Shown here in pieces: positions 50,373 to 61,530 of a stretch of 64,000 nt of DNA (positions are counted from its first letter, which is position 1; each line of letters begins with the position of its first letter). Below the pieces are notes generated by a model, which was not told the origin of the DNA, searched no databases, and saw only the letters and a list, made by a program, of their open reading frames with translations. Made by a program: the position numbers and the translations under genes. The DNA comes from Dimorphilus gyrociliatus (Eukaryota; Animalia; Annelida), in assembly GCA_904063045.1 (NCBI GenBank), contig CAJFCJ010000012.1:1550001-1614000 (forward strand), written 5' to 3'.

Positions 50373-53300
50373 TTAGTTGTCTGAATCGCAAGAGCGATCT
50401 CTTTCAGCATTCGATGCATTTCTTGCATGTTTTTTAGCTGATTGTCGAAAGCATTTAGGGCACTTTGTTGAATCATAGCAGGCTTTGTGGAATGACGCTC
50501 TACATGCTGTAAAAGATTTGTTTTTTAAAAAAAAAATTTTTAACTTAGATTGAATCATTTATTTTTAACTTACCTTCGCAAACTATGACTTTTTTTGTTT
50601 GAAATGGAAAAAGAACTTCACTTGACCGACAAAATTCGCAAATAAAACCTTTCGCTTGGCATAATTTGCAATTTTCAATGTGTTTTATGCAGGTTTGAAC
50701 AGTATTGTTAAGTGTATATTGTATTTCTCTTGAATGAATCTATAATAATTACATTGCTTATGAATAAATATAATAGTGATTGATTATTTTAACATACCTT
50801 AATAAGATCTAACAAAGTATAGTCATCTATTACATGATACCAATAGCGTTTCCATTGTTCTAGTTGAACTTTTACCCTGTTAATAAAAACATAAAGTTAT
50901 ATATATTAATATATATACTTGTTATCAGAGATATTTTTTTAAAGCAAACAAAAAACAATTTACCCTTCTTTTTCGGCAAATCGACAGGTAAGAATAAATG
51001 CATGTATATTCATAAGTTGTTTCCTTAGCCTCCAGACGTCTCTCAGTCGTTTCACCTTCTTATACAGTGATGCATTCCACACTTTAATGCTGAATGACCA
51101 AATTTCAATATTATCCATATTTCTCTTGATTAGGTCATGTGCAAAATTCGACACTGGGTACTGGTTAAAATCCCATCCCCTTACTACTTTTGCCGGAACA
51201 TAAAATGTAGAATTACTATGGCAACAAGGACAGAAGTATTTTCCAAAATAATAGCAGAATCTCATTCTTGGAAAATAGGCTTCATTTACTTTTGATCCAC
51301 ACCCAATACAACGCCAATTTTGCATAATCATTCTTTCATTTTTTTTTTTTGGTAAAGTATAACTATTATAAATTAATTGCTGTCTAGGCGGTGCCCAATC
51401 AGGAGTCCCTCGTATTCGAGTCTAGATACAAAATATCAAGTTCTGACCGTAAATACAATATATATATACAGTCCCAACAAAAAATCTTAGGAAGGGTTGT
51501 CCTTAAAGTGGAAAAAGTGAAATATTTACCTAACAGGACTTGCTTAATTATTTTTTTTGTTTAGATTGAAGGATAAATGTCTAATTATACAACTGAATTT
51601 AAAGAAAAATTCATTTAAAAATTTTTTTTACTTTCCAGAAATTTTTGCAAAAATGGAGGAGGTAAAATTTCTGGCAGGATGCCTGTTCCTGGTAAAAAGT
51701 TAAATGTTAATTAGATAGAAGCCCACTTTTTTAATTTTTTATGACATTCCTGAGTACTGTCAGACTATTCTTCGGAACAAATTATTGCAAAACTTTTAAA
51801 ATGGGTAAAATAAGCCTAGAAATGCGAGAGAAAATTGTGGAACTGAACAGAAGAGGGTTAAGGCAAGTAAAGATCTCCAAAGAGCTAAAAATTGCTCGCA
51901 GTACTATTCAGTACAATCTAAAAAAGAAAGCAGAACATTTTACTCTGGAGGACAGACCCAGGTCTGGTCACCCCAAAAAAATTTCAGAAATAGACAAGAG
52001 AAATCTTATTGTGATTCAAAAAAGAATCCCTTTTATACAGCTAGACAAGCTTAAAGCCAATGGGTTATAGCAGATAAGGTGAGTTTATCTTCTCCTAAAA
52101 AGAAGATATTATTAAATAATGGATTAAAAAGCTTCGTGGCAAAAGTAAAACCTTTGACAAGATTTTCTTTTGGGACTGTATATAAAAAATATAGTAAATC
52201 TTACCCTCCGAGAAAGCGCATCGTCAGCGCTTACTGAAACAGAATTTGGAAGTGGTAAAAGTTGTTGTGGAGCATCCTGTTCTGAGACTAGCCATTCCAG
52301 ATCAGATGCTCTTGGCAGATCACATTCCCTATATTTTTTTAACAGACTTATTGCAACACTTTCCGCACATAGTTGATCGGAAGTAACTCGATTTTTTTCT
52401 ATTGTTCTAGCTGCTTCTCCTCTGTGAAGATCTTCATCTATAATAAAAAAAAGACAAAATTGTGTAAAAGAATTGTTTATGACAAGATAAACAATAAAAT
52501 AAACTAAACCGGAAAATAGAGATCCCATAGAAGAACTAAGTCCACTTTCTCGTAATGATTGATTTGATGCCTCATCTTCAATTATAATGCTATTATCATC
52601 GTAACTGCCTGAGGTTGAGCTTGTAGCTGTAATCATAGAAAAGAAGTTGTGTAAATCTTTCTACGCTATTCTTTTTTAATTACTTACCATTAAAACTATT
52701 GTCAGATAAAGTTAAGTTATTTTTAGGTTTCCATAAATTCCTCTCTTTCTTTATCCGTATTCTCTGCTTAAAATGAGGTACTTCAGCATCGTTATCTGTT
52801 GACGTTCTTTTCCATTTCATCAATTCAATGGCTTCGATGACCGCTTCACAGATCCAGAAATGAGCATTTTCCTATTAAGTTCAAATATAAAATTCTGTAT
52901 GCTGCATAAACATAATTTAAAATAAGAAGAATAAAAGCTTACTCTATCTAAATCAGTCCCTGCATAAGTATCCTGAATTTTTAGGAAGTCCTTTAAAGAT
53001 GGAGAAGAGCCGTTACTTAGATCGGTTTCTCGATAAGCATTGAGTCCTTGAAACAATAAAGTAATAAAAGACAAATTTTAGAAATTGTTAGAATATTTTA
53101 ATTAAAAAAAATTGCACATAAATACGAAAATACCATCAAACAAAAGGACAAATTAAGCCTATAATTTGATAAGCAAGAACACATCGATATTAGAGTAAAA
53201 ATAAAATATGATATGAGTAAGATGTAAAAATAGAGATAAAAAACAAAAAAAGACAGCTTTATAGATTTTCTTTAGAGAAAAAGTAGACCAAAAGCATAAA

Positions 53301-55906
53301 ATAATTAAATAAATGAAATTTCCTCACGGAAATGAGAAAAAAATTAAAAGTTTTTACTAGGCGGATTTTCAGGACACGGAACACCAGTAACAATCTGGCT
53401 CCAGAATAATGAAAAATCTTTCTTCCCTTGAATCATTTCATCATATGCTCTTTCTAATAGATTTGCCAAGAAAGGTGATCGACCAATTTGTAGCAACGAT
53501 ACAGATACGAAAAAAAAATTAAGGCCTATTTGACATAAAAACTACTTTGGCCTCTAAACTGTCAATAACGATTAAGAATGATTGCATACGTTGCATTGTA
53601 ATACACTAAGATTCTATAAACGTTTATCATACTGAAATACATAAATTTTTACTCTTTAAGAGATGACTAAGACCCTAATATGTTTATTAATAATCAAGTA
53701 CAAACCAGTTTCTAAGCTATTAGTAAGCACCGAAGATCTTCTCAAAGCTATGGCTTTAGTTCTATTCCAATCGGAATTTACTTGTCTTCCCTGAGAATGG
53801 CTAACGTCACTTTTAGACCTTTTATGTCCAAACTTTAACTTAATCTCGGAAGGAGGTGGCGGAGGGGAGAGTTTTCTTCGAAGTTGATAATCCCTTTCTT
53901 TATATTTTTCAAATATTTTTTGGACGGTTTCAAAACGTGCGATGGGAAATTCTTTCTCATCAACTAAGGTACCTCGTGATTCCCTCCTCTCACTGGTAAC
54001 AATTTGATGAGCCGGTGATGGGGTTGAAGTGAAATGTAATTGATGATAAGCTTCTGGTAAGTGTAACTATTTAAAGAAAATCAAATTACAAATCAATAGA
54101 ATATCATGTAAAGCAAAAGTAAAAATAAGAAATTAAAGATAATTACCAAGAGTGGATCGATATCTGCGAGAATGGCACAATTATTGTGTTCAATTGCTTT
54201 TAGACAAATCAGCAAAGCATTAACGTAATCCTCATTTCGAAGGAGAGCGTAATCTAAGAATAAAATTAATATAATTAATTAGATATAACTGTTAACAAAC
54301 GATATTGCACATAAAATAGAATGATAGGGCAGACAAACAACTTTAATTATCTTGATATAAGTAGGTTTTCCTTAAAACATACTGTAGTCGCTCAATTATG
54401 TTATTTTATTAACTAAATATAGAACGATGTCTCTACTGAGTATATCTACGTAAATGCATATTAAAATACCACCATATCCATCTGTGCGTGTTAGAATTAG
54501 GCATAGAGAACGAATGATTATAAAGACATAAACCATACATATTAAATATTAAGTAAAAAACATCATAGATTTTACCAATCAATCCAATAGTGTATATTAA
54601 ATATGTATTTGTATATATATACTGTATAAGAATACCATCATATTTCTATAAATAAGATATGATTTGAGCATTCCTGCGGGGTTTACTAGAAAAGCTTAGC
54701 TTCTTTTTATCCAAAATTAGTATAGATATTCTACATTATAAATATTCATTAAATAACAGCTAATATTAATAACAATTACTTAATTAATCAATTAATTTAA
54801 AATGATAAAATGATAAAAAAGATCATTATTCATAGTATAAAAGGATATTTATAACTTTCTAAAGAATGTAATATATTTCTAAAATCAATGCCAAGTTAGA
54901 GTCTTTGAGCCTATGTTTAACAACTAAAAATTCTGCAATTTGATATATTAAACACAATAGGAAATAAGCTAAACAAGTTTTGCTCCTTTGGAATAAAAGC
55001 TATTCTCTTTCCTTATAATCTTTTCTCATTTTCGCGGAAAAATAATAAAACTAGTTATTGTTACTATTGTTAAAGATAAAGAGTAAGATAAAATAAAGGA
55101 TATTACTTAAATGACATGTTAAAACGGTCCACATGTCATTGGTTAATCCATTATCATCAGATATGTTACAAGACTGTAATTTAGATAGCACCTTTTCCTG
55201 TTTGTTACGAAGTTTTTACAATTAAAAGACAACATTAATGTAAATAGTCAATATTTGATTATTGTTCAATATAAATAGCAATACAAACCGGACATTATGA
55301 CTATATAATATTTATAAAAGGATCTTATAACTTAATTACTAAACAAAAAAAAACCTATATAGATTCTATATTAATTGTAGTAAGCAGTAGTAGTAGATTA
55401 AAAGTTATCTATTTACCTTCGTAAAACTTTTCAGTATATTCTGAAGGAATAAGAGCTTTTAATTGTGCAGATAGTTTATGTTGCAGTAGGCTTTGGCGTA
55501 ACCAATCAAAACTTAAAGGAATCTGAAAAAATACAAGTTATGTTTTAGGTTAATGTTATATATTTTTTATACGGAATTACTAACCGTATGATTATGATAA
55601 TTAACTCCTACAGCCAAGTCTGGACGAAGGCATTGGATGGATTTTGCGTAATGCCAAAAATCCTTCGATCCACCCTGTAGTTTTATAGTTATTTTTTGTC
55701 TCATACATTTTCAGAATTGTTAACTTACTGAATCGATTTTTAAGCCATGATATAAAACTGTTTCTAAACAAGAAGAGACCTTCTCTAATCCACCGTATGT
55801 ATTCCAAACGTTGGTTGTTTCTGTTGTTAACAGGTATTCGACGATTTTCTTTAAATTGTGAAGAATAGAGCACAGTTCTTTGCGATTTTTCCAATCATTT
55901 TTTGTG
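50373..55906 (-). CDS. RUBCN: Rubicon (RUN and cysteine-rich domain Beclin-1-interacting autophagy regulator); 5' end unresolved
   Basis: RUN domain NVWNTYGGLEKVSSCLETVLYHGL, GHKRSKSD, DLDRENAHF, LPRASDLEWLVSEQDAPQQLLPLP, IRGTPDWAPPR, RH zinc region CIGCG..CYYFGKYFCPCCH, C-terminal FHKACY..CPKC. A probable 5'UTR exon donor lies at ~56258. Confidence 0.92.
51469..52178 (+). mobile_element. Internally deleted, non-autonomous Tc1/mariner-type DNA transposon in a Rubicon intron
   Basis: TA flanks at 51467-51468 and 52179-52180. Terminal inverted repeats CAGTCCCAACAAAAAATCTT versus CAGTCCCAAAAGAAAATCTT (18/20). Contains an N-terminal transposase remnant. Confidence 0.9.
51801..52070 (+). pseudogene. 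Truncated Tc1-family transposase (paired-like HTH only)
   Basis: MGKISLEMREKIVELNRRG..ISKELKIARSTIQYNLKK..LEDRPRSGHPKK is the Tc1 HTH plus GRPR-like linker. The frame shifts at the NPFYTARQ segment and the DDE domain is absent. Confidence 0.85.
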
Positions 55907-56191
55907 CTATATAAAATTTAATAAAAAATTGTGAATGAGATTAGATAGGAGGAGAAAAAGTTCTGAATCCCGCGTTTACGAATTTAAAGAGTTGGTCAGA
56001 ATTTGAGAGATGGAAACAGAATGTACTTTGTAAGTCGTATATGTTAGATATTTCGCTTATATCTTCGTGCCTAATAATTTCACAGAATTTTCGCCAACAA
56101 CATTATTAATACAAATCATTACAAAATGACAAGTAAACATCACAAACCTTAACAATGCAAACGTTCGATTCCCAACCTCCTCCATCGCTTA

Positions 56192-56435
56192 ATCACGTGA
56201 CCTCTGATCATGTGACTCATCAGATTTGTAAACTGAATTGAGTTGTGCTAAGTCTTACCTGAGAAAGAAATACGGCGACGTCCTTAACTTGAGATTGTAA
56301 AATATTAAAGCAAAGCAAAACAAAAACAATTTTCAACTCTTTTTGCCTTTCGGCTGAATTGCTTTATTTGTCTGATGTTATCAACATTAAAGGCGTGGAA
56401 GAGTTGTCATAATAGCCTTATACTAGTCATGTGAT
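56192..56435. promoter_or_regulatory. Cluster of MiT/TFE-type E-boxes (CLEAR and M-box) at the Rubicon 5' end
   Basis: ATCACGTGAC at 56192-56201, ATCATGTGAC at 56207-56216, AGTCATGTGAT at 56425-56435. Confidence 0.6.
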
Positions 56436-56628
56436 CCTTTTTAAAAAACCGCCCTCAAATTTTTTATGGAACTAATCAGAGTTCAATAATAATTAAGAAC
56501 TAAATTATTGTTTCATTTAACATAGTCCTCATATCAATTGTATTAAAGGAGTTAACAATGAAAAAAACCATTAGTCAACAATGACGAAAATTTTTGTGTT
56601 CGATAATTCAAAGAAACTTGAAATATTC

Positions 56629-58855
56629 CTATTTTTTACCCCATCCCCATAAACTTTTAATCATACCACCAATACCACCTCCAGCAGCAGCCGATTTCTT
56701 CTCTCCAATCTGGTCGTCCAAATTTGGAAACTTCAGTAGGGATAAGGCCAAATCGAAAAACAATGGTTTGCATGCAACTGGCTCAAAATCGGGAGGTAAA
56801 GATGTCAAGTTGACTTGATCTCCAGTTAAGCTTCTATCTTCACCAAAGAGGTCGAGCCGTTCGTCCAAAGGTATTTTTAAGTCTTTTACTGATAATTTTT
56901 TCGTTCTCTTATTTAAATCATGTATATCTGATACTTTTGAAACCCTGCACACACTTTTTCCTGCATCCGCTTCATTTATTAAATTTAATATGTCAGACTT
57001 GAAAGCATTATCTGAGTTCGTATTCTCTAATTGCTCAAGAGCTTTAGTTCCTCTTACTTCAACCAAATCGTATAATGCCATAGTTTCGCCCCATTTACTG
57101 ACATTCTGGTAAGCTCTAGCGGCATAGTAGCATCTATAAGTTTTAAATACGGCAATCTTTACTTTACATTCTCTCTTCAATTCCAGGTCTTCTTCTAAAC
57201 CTGGAAGAGTCGTTATATCGTTTGCATTTTGAACAATTGTATCATATAATCTTGCTAGTTCGTGTGGTTTCGTCTTCTTTTGATCTGAATTACTTGGTAC
57301 TTCTAAGTTTTGTTTTGCCTGATTGATCATTAATAGATAACGATCTATATTATGATTCAATCTCTTGTACATTATATAAGAATATAAATGTACGCTTTGA
57401 GGTACACGTCCCTCAATTTGTTGTCCTCTGATGATACTACGGAAAGTTGGATCATCTTTAGATTCTTCTTTCAAAGCAGCAGCAGAGTCAATTAGGTCCT
57501 TCAGTAGTGATTCATAAATAGAAAGCTTTGCTTCTGCATTTTCCGATTCAGACAAAGAACGCTCGAGTTCTTGGACATTCAGTAAATGAACTCGTATAGT
57601 TTCAGACTTGATAGGTATAATTTTACCTAAAAGTAATATTTAAAGTTAAAATTGATTCGAAACATTTTATTATTTTAAAAGTACCTCTCCAAGAAACTTC
57701 CGATAGAGTTGCAACTTGCTTTGCTTTAGTTTTTTCTATGAGCTCATCTAGTTGACTGGATAAAGCCCCACCTTGGGTCATTCTTAGCTTCCTTAGTTCT
57801 TCCATGGCACTCTTGTCGCCGATATTGTATTCGCAATATCTTAGAATTGGTGTTATTTCATCGCACCTTATTTTATATAATTCTTTAGAGTCATCAGTTA
57901 TAGCATCAAATAATCGATTATAAATTGTTTGAGCTTTTTGAAACCCAGTGACAGCTTCTTGCCATTTTTCTAATTCAAATTCATAGCTTGCCCTCATCCA
58001 TGATTCGTAAGCTTCTGCTTCAAGCTTAGATCTAGCATCGCAGACTTTAGCAGAACATAGTGCATTTAAAAGTGAAGCGTGTTGTACAGCTTTTCTTAAA
58101 CGGCTTAGTTTATGATACTTTTTACGGGGTTCAGTATTCGATTCGGACTTGAGAGCAACAGCATATGCCCAAGCTCTTTCGGCTTCAAAGAGAGGAATTA
58201 ACAAAAATCTGAAACGAAGATGTAAATTATATTTTTTTGTTTAGGAATAATAAATTTTAAAAAGATTTGATTGGTAACTTTTTTTAGTGAGTACTGTTGA
58301 TTCAATACCCTCGCCGATATGATTGTCCCTATTATCGCCTACAGGCAATTTAAAAAAAAATAGACAAAATTAAAAAGGAACTTACTTAACATCTTTGAGG
58401 TGATCCTCGGTAACCTTTTTAGGTTGTACCTTCCTCATATTTCCTTGTGGAAAATGCAACGATTTACGAACGCGTCGTAAACGTCTGGCACAATATTGCC
58501 TGAGTAAAATATTGAGAGAAATATAAGTATTTAAAACGCAGCAAGATTTTTATAAGATTTCAATTAATTCTTACCTGTATCTATGATAATCATCATGTCG
58601 CAAACCATGTTGTTGCTGTGCGTCCTTTACAATTCTTAGAGCTATTTAAAACAGGTACAATTAAGATATATGCCATGTGGCAACTTACTTAAATTAATTT
58701 AAAATCTAAGTTATCAGCTGGATACATCTTACAGAAAAAAAAACAAAATTTGCCTGCTAACCTTCTAAAGTTAAAGAATCTTTTAGCTCAGGTTTTGTTT
58801 GATCTTGAGTTGTTTTTTGTTCACTTTTCGAATTCTCAATATCTACGTCTGCCAT
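56629..58855 (-). CDS. SRP68: Signal recognition particle subunit SRP68
   Basis: Exons 58855-58762, 58641-58575, 58499-58386, 58208-57685, 57626-56629. Motifs QQQHGLRHDDYHRYR, EAERAWAYA, LRYCEYNIGD, CKPLFFDLA, IKSLWGWGKK. Confidence 0.97.
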
Positions 58856-59135
58856 TTTAGCGGAAGTGATGGCAACAATTTTTCTCCTGCAGCTCGAAAT
58901 CAAAAATTTATATTATCGTATAATGAAAGTTAATCATTTACGATTCGTGTCTTTTCGCTACGAAAATACTAGCTGTGGCAAAACACTCTTTCATGATTTG
59001 GTTAACAGAGGAATTAGCCTATATCAGGTAAGGAAAACTGGTAATAAACCAAAGGCTTTGATAGGTTGCTCATAGACTTTTAGAGATATATATAGAAATG
59101 AATTCTATAATTACAGCTCCATTTCGTGTTTTCAT
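58851..59135. promoter_or_regulatory. Bidirectional promoter SRP68/TPMT
   Basis: Start codons 280 bp apart. YY1-like GCCATTTT overlaps the SRP68 ATG; ETS core GCGGAAGTG at 58860-58868; CAG|GTAAGG donor at ~59028 suggests a TPMT 5'UTR intron. Confidence 0.7.
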
Positions 59136-59819
59136 ATGGCTTCGAAACAAGAAAAAGCTTTTCGTGATGATATGACCATTGAATTTTGGGATGGATACTA
59201 CAAAGATGGAAGTCATCCCTGGCATGAGAAAAACGTAAATAAGGGCTTAAAAGCAAATATAGAAACTTTCATAAATGGAAGAGATCATATAGTAGCATTT
59301 TTTCCGCTTTGTGGAAAGGCTGTTGACATGAAATGGATCTATGATCTAGGTCACACAGTTATTGGAGTTGAGGGTTCTATACAAGCAATTGAGGAATTCT
59401 TCAAAGAGAGTAACCTGGAATATGATGTAGACGGAAACAAGTATTCAACCCCTGATAAAAGATTGACGATATTTGCTATGAATATCTTTGATTATAATGT
59501 TGAACTGATGGGTGAAGTTAGCGCTGTTTGGGATCGTGGTGCTTTTGTTGCAATCAATTTTTCAGAAAGAGCAAAATATTCAGAGTTAATGAAGAGTATA
59601 TGCACTAAAGATTGTCGCTATATACTTGATGTTTATGAATACGACAGAAGCGTATACGGCGGACCACCCCTTTGCACCACTAAAGAAGATATCGATGAGC
59701 ATTTCTCCAGTTGGTGTACTTCTGAGAGAATTTTTGAATCTGATGAAATTACAGACCATTGGAGAGAAGTAGGATTTCAATCCTTTATGAGATACGATTA
59801 TCTCCTGACGCCTAAATAA
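59136..59819 (+). CDS. TPMT: Thiopurine S-methyltransferase-like SAM-dependent methyltransferase, 227 aa
   Basis: Single ORF with FFPLCGKAVDMKW..DLGHTVIGVE, VWDRGAFVAIN, GGPP. Confidence 0.92.
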   Translation: MASKQEKAFRDDMTIEFWDGYYKDGSHPWHEKNVNKGLKANIETFINGRDHIVAFFPLCGKAVDMKWIYDLGHTVIGVEGSIQAIEEFFKESNLEYDVDGNKYSTPDKRLTIFAMNIFDYNVELMGEVSAVWDRGAFVAINFSERAKYSELMKSICTKDCRYILDVYEYDRSVYGGPPLCTTKEDIDEHFSSWCTSERIFESDEITDHWREVGFQSFMRYDYLLTPK

Positions 59820-61530
59820 ATAAATACCTTACTGTTGTGTGTTTTGTATTGTATGATTTTTTCTGCATCTTTCAAATTAAATTTTATGAGAATACAGAAA
59901 AAACATTTTAAATAGGAATCTATCACTTATTTTGCAAGTTTACTTTCAAGATATCTTTTTAATTTCCCTTAGCTTTAGAAATTTTTTCCAACGACCTAAA
60001 TGTTAACACAACATATGGTCTACATGTCCTGAAAAGTTCTTGATTGGGGAAAACTTTCTATTCATTAATACACTAACACAGTAATTGTATATTTATATAA
60101 TATTAATATTATTTTTATTAATTAATTCATAAAAACCAGGATGAATTTTATGATGATGATAAATAACATCCTCAGTAGTTATTTATAAGTTTATAATAAA
60201 GATTACTTAGGTATTTTATGGTATAGCTAAATATAGTTATCTTCTTTCATCGGAATACATTGCTTAATCTTCAAGAAAGGAACCAAAATTTCGCAATATC
60301 ATAAACTTTGTGTCAATAACCTTGAAAATTTTCTGCGTAACGTGAACAGTGCAACCTAGAAGAGTTTTTTTTCTGTTAATATAATATTGTAGATTATACC
60401 AGTCGTTGAGCTTATTCTTTTTACTTTTTATCAGTAAATTTTCTTATTTCTAGTTCATCTTATATCAATATACGATTATAGAATATTTCATTTTGAAATT
60501 TTACTTAATTTTATCAGGAAGCTTGATAAAAAGGAAGATGATAACAATTTTGAACGCGTCTAATGGAAATTTGTATGCTTATTTTTGAAACATTTATACA
60601 AATATATTAAATAAATAACTTTTTACAATGTTATATCTTAGGCTGATTAATGGAAAGTAATTAGACTGAAATTCTTCGCTAGACAAGTTACAAAGTTTAA
60701 GCTTCATAAGTCATGGCTATCCTACCCTATCTGTTGAATGTACCAAACAAAAGTTTTGAAGTTTTACTTGAACACTGGCTTACATTCAGTATCTTACTAT
60801 TTTAAATGGGTAAAATGACCTCAAAAAGATATGATATGTGTTGATTGGGGTAGGGAATTCTTCCACTACTGCTAAAGTCAAGTTAAACAGTTTTTACATT
60901 AACTTCAAAAACTTTCAAACTGTTTGATAGACTATAGATATATATATATACAGAATTATGAAAATTTATGAGAATAATTAGTTAAAAGTAGGAATTTGTG
61001 TTTGTATAGCAAACTCTGGTATCACAAACTTATACGTAAAGATTGTGTTCAGGACTTAATAATCTAGACAATTGTGATACTTTCTAAATAAAGAGTCAAA
61101 GGACCATAGAATTTCGTAATACAGTAATTTATTTCAAATATATGAATCACCTTGGACAAAAATAGCAACCTAGGTTATCTCTTGACGTAGCATATAAAGT
61201 ACAATCCATAGATATTCTACAATTTTATTGTAAAGTATTGTACATGTTTTTCATTTGTTTGGCAATGGATTTTTAAACTATTCATCAATGTTGTAATGAT
61301 ATTAAGTATTAATTAAAGTTACTATAATATTCAATCGCTACCTGATCAAAAACTTTGAATATGATCAATTACTTGATAGTTTTGGTTCAATAGATCAATT
61401 GAAAATTGATAAAGTTTTATTTATTTTTCATTTGATGAATATGATTTGTAACAAATTCTTAATTTTATAGTTCTATAATAGCCTAATATTTAAATAAGTT
61501 TAATTTTTTTCATTCCAATAATAACAGTAC

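Noticed and set aside
55110-55140. 10-bp perfect inverted repeat AATGACATGT-N11-ACATGTCATT in the long Rubicon intron, near a TGATGA box
   Set aside because: Too short for a pre-miRNA, no box D partner found for a C/D snoRNA, and plausible by chance.
58642-58761. U12-type intron in SRP68
   Set aside because: The donor is GTTAGC and the internal GTATCCAG does not match the GTATCCTT consensus; no U12 branch site seen.
59820-61530. Hidden gene between TPMT and DGCR8
   Set aside because: Only short frames with no recognisable homology; consistent with convergent 3'UTRs.
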